Part shown: positions 57,079 to 64,000 of the stretch, one piece after another | Layout: every line of letters starts with the position of its first letter | Numbering within the stretch: the stretch's first letter is position 1 | Assembly: GCA_002269645.1 (NCBI GenBank) | Contig: NIVC01002338.1 | Coordinates: 1 to 64,000 of the forward strand | Length of the DNA: 64,000 bases | Direction of reading: 5' to 3' | DNA from: Macrostomum lignano | Lineage: Eukaryota | Notes under the pieces: generated by a model | Told to the model about the DNA's origin: nothing | Databases searched by the model: none | What the model saw: only the letters and a program-made list of their open reading frames with translations | Position numbers and translations under genes: made by a program

Positions 57079-57113
57079 TATGTCTGTCTGTCTTATGTCT
57101 GTCTGTCTGTCTT

Positions 57114-57160
<47 letters not shown>

Positions 57161-57180
57161 TATGTCTGTCTGTCTGTCTT

Positions 57181-57227
<47 letters not shown>

Positions 57228-57282
57228 TATGTCTGTCTGTCTGTCTGTCTTCTTATGTCTGTCTGTCTGTCTGTTTGTCTTA

Positions 57283-57347
<65 letters not shown>

Positions 57348-60300
57348 GATTGTCCTAATGTCTGTCTGTCTGCCTGCCTCAGTCTCAGAGCATTACAGCG
57401 TGTTTATCTGGAACACTCACCTTGACAACCTCTAGATGGCCCTGGTGACAGGCCACCATCAGACCAGTCTTGCCATTGATACTGCCGTCCACAGGTGTCG
57501 CCCTGCTAGCCAGCATTTGCCGAACAGTCTCCAAGTTGCCCTGCGACACCTCAGCTAAGAAGGACCTGCAGGCACCAAGCGATGAGGACGAAGCAGCCGA
57601 GCCGCCAGCCGAAGAGCCGCCGCAGTCGACGTTGACGCGGCCCCGGCATCGGTTGACGAAGTCAGCTCGATGAGCTTCTGCACCAAGACGTTCAACGGAG
57701 CGCCGATGTCGTGCGAAGCCATGCGATTGTTAGCGGCCGTCTCAGCGCTCTGCTGCAGCCGGACCAGCACCGAGGGATCCAGGCGTGCCGTGCGATTCTC
57801 GCTGGTGACCACCAGAGCGCTTGAGTCGCTGTGTACCGAGTGGACCTGGTTGTGTGTTTTTTTATTATTGATTGATTACTGTTAGTAGCGAGCAGGAAAA
57901 ATATCGGCAAACCAATTTCGGGCGTCGGATAGCTTTAGGCTCAGACTTATGTTTGATTGAATTTTAGTAGACATGCGAATTCAGCCTCGGACTTGGTTGC
58001 TATGGGATTCGAACTCCGGTGTTACGAGCTTATGAGATTGGAACTCTGTTTCTATGGAATTCGAACCCGGTTTCCATGGTATTCGACTTTGGGTTGCCAT
58101 GGCATTCGAACTAGGTTGCCATAGTAATCGAACTTGGTTGCTATGGCATTCGAACTCGGTTGCCATGGGATTCGAACTTGGTTGCCATGGTAATCTAACT
58201 TGGTTGCCATGGTAATCTAACTTGGTTGCCATGGTAATCGAACTTGGTTGCCATGGGATTCAAACTTGGTTGCCATGGTAATCGAGCTTGGTTGCCATGG
58301 GATTCAAACTTGGTTGCCATGGTAATCGAACTTGGTTGCCATGGTAATCGAACTTGGTTGCCATGGTAATCGAACTTGGTTGCCATGGTAATCGAACTTG
58401 GTTGCCATGGTAATCGAACTTGGTTGCCATGGTAATCGAACTTGGTTGCCATGGTAATCGAACTTGGTTGCCATGGTAATCAAACTTGGTTGCCATGGTA
58501 ATCGAACTTGGTTGCCATGGTAATCGAACTTGGTTGCCATGGGATTCAATCATCGCTAGAATTCCTCACCTTGACAAGGCTCCCAGCCAAACTCCTGTGC
58601 CAATCTTGCCAAGAATCGACTAGGCACCTTCGCAGCTCGGTCTCGTCGTCCAGCACTCGGACAAGCTGTCCGGCACGCAGACTGGCCACGCGTTCCAAAG
58701 CGTCCGGATTCAGAGTCCATCGTTGAGCCTGTCCGGAGTCGAACTGGACTCGGACGTCGCCACGCTCAGTGATCCGATGCACGTGGCCGCACTGACCAAC
58801 CAGTTCGGACATTTTCTCGTTCCAACCGCCGTGGCCCTCTTGCATAACCCGCAGCTGGGCCTCGGATCGGGCTACCCGAACCCGTTCGCCAACTCGGTAG
58901 GGGCAGCCGCCGCCGACAGAGTCCAGACGTTCGCCAAGCACGGGCAGGTGATCGCGATAGTACAGACCCCAGCTGGCCGGGGCCTGGAGCAGCTTCAGGT
59001 CCACCTTGCCTTTGTGGCCGACCTGAGATAAATGGTCGATTGTTATAGGAAGATTCAGACTTCAAATTAGGGGATTTGAACCGGCTGTAGGATTGTAGAA
59101 GGGGTAGATTGGGTTCTTCAAAGGTGTAGGATAAGGGTATAGTAAAGGGGTAGAATAGCGGTTGTATGGGTAGAATAGAGGCTGTAGGGGTAGAATAGAG
59201 GCTGTAGGGGTAGAATAGAGGCTGTAGGGGTAGAATAGAGGCTGTAGAGGTAGAATAGCGACTAAAGGGGTAGAATAGCAACTATAGGAGTAGAATAGCT
59301 GCTGTAGGGGTAGAATAGAGGCTGTAGGGGTAGAATAGAGGCTGTAGAGGTAGAATAGCGACTAAAGGGGTAGAATAGCAACTATAGGAGTAGAATAGCT
59401 GCTGTAGGGGTAGAATAGAGGCTGTAGGGGTAGAAAACTGACTATAGGGGTAGAATAGCGACTGTAGGACGGGTAGAATGGCGATAAATGAACAAGAAAA
59501 TCTCGGATCCGAATCGAACCCCTTACCCGATACACATTGGACAGGCCGTTATCCCACCGAACGTTGGCCACGGAACGGCCGGACTCGTTCTCCCAGCCGC
59601 GAATGTCCAGCACGCGGCCCGGACGGCCGTCGCCGCCATCCTGACGGCCCCAGTCCCAGTCGGGGCCGCGGACGACTCGGGCACCGGCGAAGATGCCGCG
59701 GGCGTCAATCTTGACGCAGCCTCTGCGCTTGCCGACTGACACCCTGGAGGTGGCAGAGTGGCAAAAGAAAATGCAGTCAGGCCCTGAATCTCACCTGACT
59801 AATCTATATTGACCCTGAATCTCATCTGAATAATCTACACTGACCCTGAATCTCACTTGAATAATCTACACTGACCCTGAATCTCACTTGAATAATCTAT
59901 ACTGACCCTGAATCTCACCTGAATAATCTATATTGGCCCTGAATTTCACCGGAATAATCTACACTGACCCTGAATCTCACCTGAATAATCTATACTGACC
60001 CTGAATCTCACCTGAACAATATATACTGACCCTGAATCTCACCTGAATAATCTATACTGACCCTGAATTTCACTTGAATAATCTACACTGACCCTGAATC
60101 TCACTTGAATAATCTATACTGACCCTGAATCTCACCTGAATAATCTATACTGACCCTGAATTTCACTTGAATAATCTACACTGACCCTGAATCTCACCTG
60201 AATAATCTATACTGACCCTGAATCTCACCTAAATAATCTATATTGGCCCTGAATTTCACCGGAATAATCTACACTGACCCTGAATCTCACCGGAATAATC

Positions 60301-63300
60301 TACACTGACCCTGAATCTCACCTGAATAATCTATACTGACCCTGAATCTCACCTGAACAATCTATACTGACCCTGAATCTCACCTGAATAATCTATACTG
60401 ACCCTGAATCTCACCTAAATAATCTATATTGGCCCTGAATTTCACCGGAATAATCTACACTGACCCTGAATCTCACCGGAATAATCTACACTGACCCTGA
60501 ATTTCACCGGAATAATCTACACTGACCCTGAATCTCACCGGAATAATCTACACTGACCCTGAATCTCACCTGAATAATCTATACTGACCCTGAATCTCAC
60601 CTGAACAATCTATACTGACCCTGAATCTCACCTGAATAATCTATACTGACCCTGAATTTCACTTGAATAATCTACACTGACCCTGAATCTCACTTGAATA
60701 ATCTATACTGACCCTGAATCTCACCTAAATAATCTATATTGGCCCTGAATTTCACCGGAATAATCTACACTGACCCTGAATCTCACCTGAATAATATATA
60801 CTAACCCTGAATCTCACCTGAATAATCTATACTGACCCTGAATCTCACCTAAATCTATAATAACCTTGAATCTCACTTGAGTAATCTACACCGACCCTGA
60901 ATCTCATAGGCATAACTATATTAACTCATACTGCAAATCTAACTTGATAGAGTTAGTTAATAAAAAAGTTCACCTGGCACTTTTATTATAGTCGAACCGA
61001 TAGAATTCGTGATCAAGATTGTGCGCATCGCCGTGATAACAGGCCGAGCACAAGCTATAATTGTCGCATTCTGCGCAGGTCCATCGAATGCCTTGTATTA
61101 CTGGCTGCTGCTGCTGCTGCTGGTGATGCGGACTGCGGCCAACAGCACCGACGCTGCTGCGACCGCCCGAAGATGCAGACAGACTGCCGCCAGCTGATGC
61201 TAACGATCGGCGATTGCATTCGCTGCACGACACCGTGTGACGAATGCCTGCACGGAGCGATGTTTTGGGTTAAATGTTCACAATGAAAAATATTTGTTTC
61301 AACTTTATTACTGATAAGTAGCATTATCAGAAAATGTAACTTCAAAAAAGTGGAAGATGGGAAAAATTATTGTCAAGGACGATTCTTTCAAGTAAGAAAG
61401 TGGTTGTCAAGGGCGATTCTTTTCAGTAAGAAAGCGGTTGTGAAGGTCGATTCCTGGTTGTCAAGGAATTTTGGGAATAATGTGGGAACACTGACGGCAA
61501 TAGCTCCGATAGAAAATCAGTGGTAAAAAGATGCAGTAGATGAAGTCAGTTTTTTTATTGGTTATAACAATTCATTCATTAAAATCGCACACGTGAGATC
61601 TCTTGGTCAATTTTGCATTCACTCTAGTCTCCACAGGTTTTGTATTGAAATTCATAGTCGTATTTGTACACCATTGTTAAATTTGCTTTAAAGTTGTTTC
61701 TAGAACTTCTAATTCATAATTATATTGGTACTCGAAAATTCAAAAAATGGGGGGAGTGTCGCGACTTTCCTATTCATTTCTTAGTTCACCTTCACTTGTA
61801 CCCTGGTATCTGTTTTCTCTGTCTCTTTGTCTAGCAATGACAATCTTGTTATTCTTATCTCTCTTCTCCCTTGCTGCCTTCTGATTGGCTCTCCATTCTC
61901 ACCTCTCTTCAGTCGCGCACTCCACCCCTCTCTTTATTATTTTCAATTCAACCCCCTCCTGCAATTTAATGTCATATAAATATACTGGTTTGGGCCCTGC
62001 GCCCACTTACTGCTCCTTATCAGAACCTATTCAGAATTACGAACACGTAAGGAAAATATTTCAACCGGAAAAATTTCAATCTGCAATTAACAGAACTAAA
62101 GAATAAGCTGATTATTATCTCAAAGACTAAACCAAAAAGTAAAAAATACAAAATGACGCATGAATCCAGCCTCCAGCATCCGCTGCAGGATGAAGCAGCC
62201 AGCTTGTCCGCCCATCCTAGCTGCTGTCGCTGTTTTGTACTCCTATTTTTTCACAATAAATTACTGATGACATTCCATACAAACTGGAAATACAACTGGC
62301 CTCAGCTGTTAAGGGGAACTGCTGCTTATAAAATTTTTCTGTATCTTGAAAGCTGCGAAACTTACATCCAAAGTGCAAGCAAGCCATGCACTTTTCTGCT
62401 TTCGAATTTTCTTCCCTCGCGGAGAGATTTTCTTCCCTTCCCTTGCATCCGGGGTCTGAGTGTAAAAAATATCTAGAGGTTTGTTGTGCAATTCAAACTC
62501 ATGAGGGCCATACATGCGCAACTTTGGGAATCACCCGGCTGTTTCTATTGGTAACACACACACACACACGCACACACACACACACACACACATGTAAGTC
62601 GCTATTGGCCGAGAGAAGTCACGTGACTACTATTCTGTCGGTGCCAACTAATCTGCGGAAACGGATGTGGATACGGAACGGATTTCGCATACTAAAATGC
62701 GGATACAGATGCAGATTACTATTTTGCGGAATCAATGCGGATATTAATAGCAGATGCAGAAAATCTACAGATTTAGTTCTGTCAAAACATTGATTCATAT
62801 TCTGCTTTATATCTAGTTCTACTTACTTTTAGATAATGTTTTTCTTATTTAAATTTGAACTATAAAGACTTGAACTATTTTGAATCCAAACTTAAACTTT
62901 ACACACTTGTGATCTCTGGAAGTACACATGTTATGTACGTACATTTTTCTATTATATCTAGCGACAAAAATAACTTCAAACCTAATCAAATTTCTTATTT
63001 TCTACTATCAGTAGCGTATCTCGGAGCAGCTTTACTTTTGAAAACAGAGAAAATAATTTTCCATCATTAATTCACAATAAATTTAAATGAGAACAATTTA
63101 TCTGAAAATAGGGCCTAAACAGAAACAGAAATATGTCCCACTTTGCAATTGGAAGGACAAAATGTCAAGAAGAGTTCACAACCCTCCAACTCACCTACAG
63201 GCGCGCTATCGAACACCCTCAAATCGTAGGCGCCCTGGTATCCAACCCGATAATTAGTCCGCGACCCATTGTCCCATTGTACAAAAACTGTTTTCTCTGG

Positions 63301-63561
63301 CCCGCTGCTGTTATAGCTGCTACTGTGATTCACGCTTGAAGATGAAGCTGAGTTTGATGCTGCTGCTGATGTAGCAGATTTCGAGCTACCAGTCAGCCTG
63401 GAAGCTGTCGCTGCCAGATCAGCCGAAGCCGCCACAGCAGTTGAAGACACCGATTTGCCAATTTCCACAACTGTACCAACTGAACCCTCGCCGCCGTCCT
63501 GATCCTGCCATTTCCAGTTGGGACCGCGGACCACACGCAGACCAATTTGAAGCAGAAGCAT
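54424..63561 (-). CDS. MIB2: Mind bomb family E3 ubiquitin ligase, MIB2 type (~1030 aa)
   Basis: Exons (minus) 63561-63195, 61247-60974, 59743-59527, 59022-58570, 57845-57421 (425 nt between phase-0 junctions, one nt short), 56822-56317, 56100-55687, 54865-54424. Domains: Mib-HERC2 ([18 protein letters not shown]), ZZ finger (CSEC...[21 protein letters not shown]), second Mib-HERC2 ([18 protein letters not shown]...[12 protein letters not shown]), MIB repeats ([11 protein letters not shown]), ankyrin repeats and two RING fingers. Two RINGs and the RGWxxExGRSVA segment favour MIB2 over MIB1. Confidence 0.9.
54935..55665. repeat. 20-bp array TGTGAATGATCACACATSCG
   Basis: About 36 units filling the last MIB2 intron. 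Confidence 0.95.
56180..56290. repeat. 21-bp array GAAGCGAATGTAATCAAGTCA
   Basis: About 5 units in a 216-bp intron. Confidence 0.85.
56860..57380. repeat. (CTGT)n microsatellite filling a MIB2 intron
   Basis: Directly visible. Confidence 0.95.
57990..58548. repeat. 22-bp array GGTTGCCATGGTAATCGAACTT
   Basis: About 20 clear units plus a degenerate left flank. Confidence 0.93.
59135..59480. repeat. 20-bp array GGGGTAGAATAGAGGCTGTA
   Basis: About 16 units. Confidence 0.92.
59775..60905. repeat. 31-bp array CTGACCCTGAATCTCACCTGAATAATCTATA
   Basis: About 36 units filling MIB2 intron 2. Confidence 0.95.
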
Positions 63562-64000
63562 GGCAAGAGTTTCACTCTGTCTTCTGCTTTTTCTCTTCCT
63601 GATCAGTCAGTTTTCTGAGTCACAGTGCTTAAATATAAACAGTTGATACTGGCTCTAGAGTTCTACAATAACCAAAAATTCCCCATATCTAAATCTTTGT
63701 AGTCTTTAACCATTTATAATTTTTTGCATAGCCTATCTATAACAATATACATAGCTAATTAATTTAACTTAATTCCTATAACTGTTTATGACATTGATTC
63801 ACTCATTAACAATGCCTCATTTATTTATTGTACAAGAATTGCTAAACTGTATTCATCTTAACTTTGGCCCCGACTAGCCCCAACCAAACAATATATGCAC
63901 ATGGGCATGGCATTGAAAATATTTATTGCTTAAGTCTCTAAACCTAGTAGTGATTTATAGTTTCATTCACAAAAGCTTTAAAACTACCAACATTCATTCA

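Noticed and set aside
59500-59525. B-box-like GGTTCGATTC just after a MIB2 donor
   Set aside because: Isolated motif with no A-box or cloverleaf.

Overview
Eukaryotic (animal) genomic DNA with GC-rich exons and introns largely filled by intron-specific minisatellites. The style resembles the flatworm Macrostomum lignano; this is inference and cannot be verified here. Six protein-coding genes can be reconstructed by hand from GT-AG junctions and phase checks: (1) FKBP15/WAFL, 3' part (+, 341-14157); (2) a secreted CAP-EGF-ShKT protein (+, 16012-21058); (3) NADPH-cytochrome P450 reductase (-, 29198-22556); (4) ADAT2 (+, 38527-39081); (5) a DEG/ENaC channel (-, 50122-43426); (6) a MIB2-type mind bomb E3 ligase (-, 63561-54424). 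A 4321-bp Ty3/gypsy (Mag-like) LTR retrotransposon with identical 213-bp LTRs and a 5-bp TSD sits in an FKBP15 intron. Its single gag-pol ORF runs from the PBS into the 3' LTR and is broken only by four missing bases in G/C runs. Also present are a hAT-type MITE, a 4-bp-TSD TIR element, an RTE-like LINE remnant and about 35 tandem arrays. The most testable oddities are: inverted intronic arrays that could circularise six in-phase FKBP15 exons; an in-frame G GGA AAU slippery site plus hairpin at the FKBP15 frame break; a furin site separating CAP from EGF-ShKT; and intronic arrays built from splice-donor-like or RFX-like motifs. Most long ORFs in the supplied track are repeat artefacts. No CRISPR, rRNA or tRNA genes are supported.
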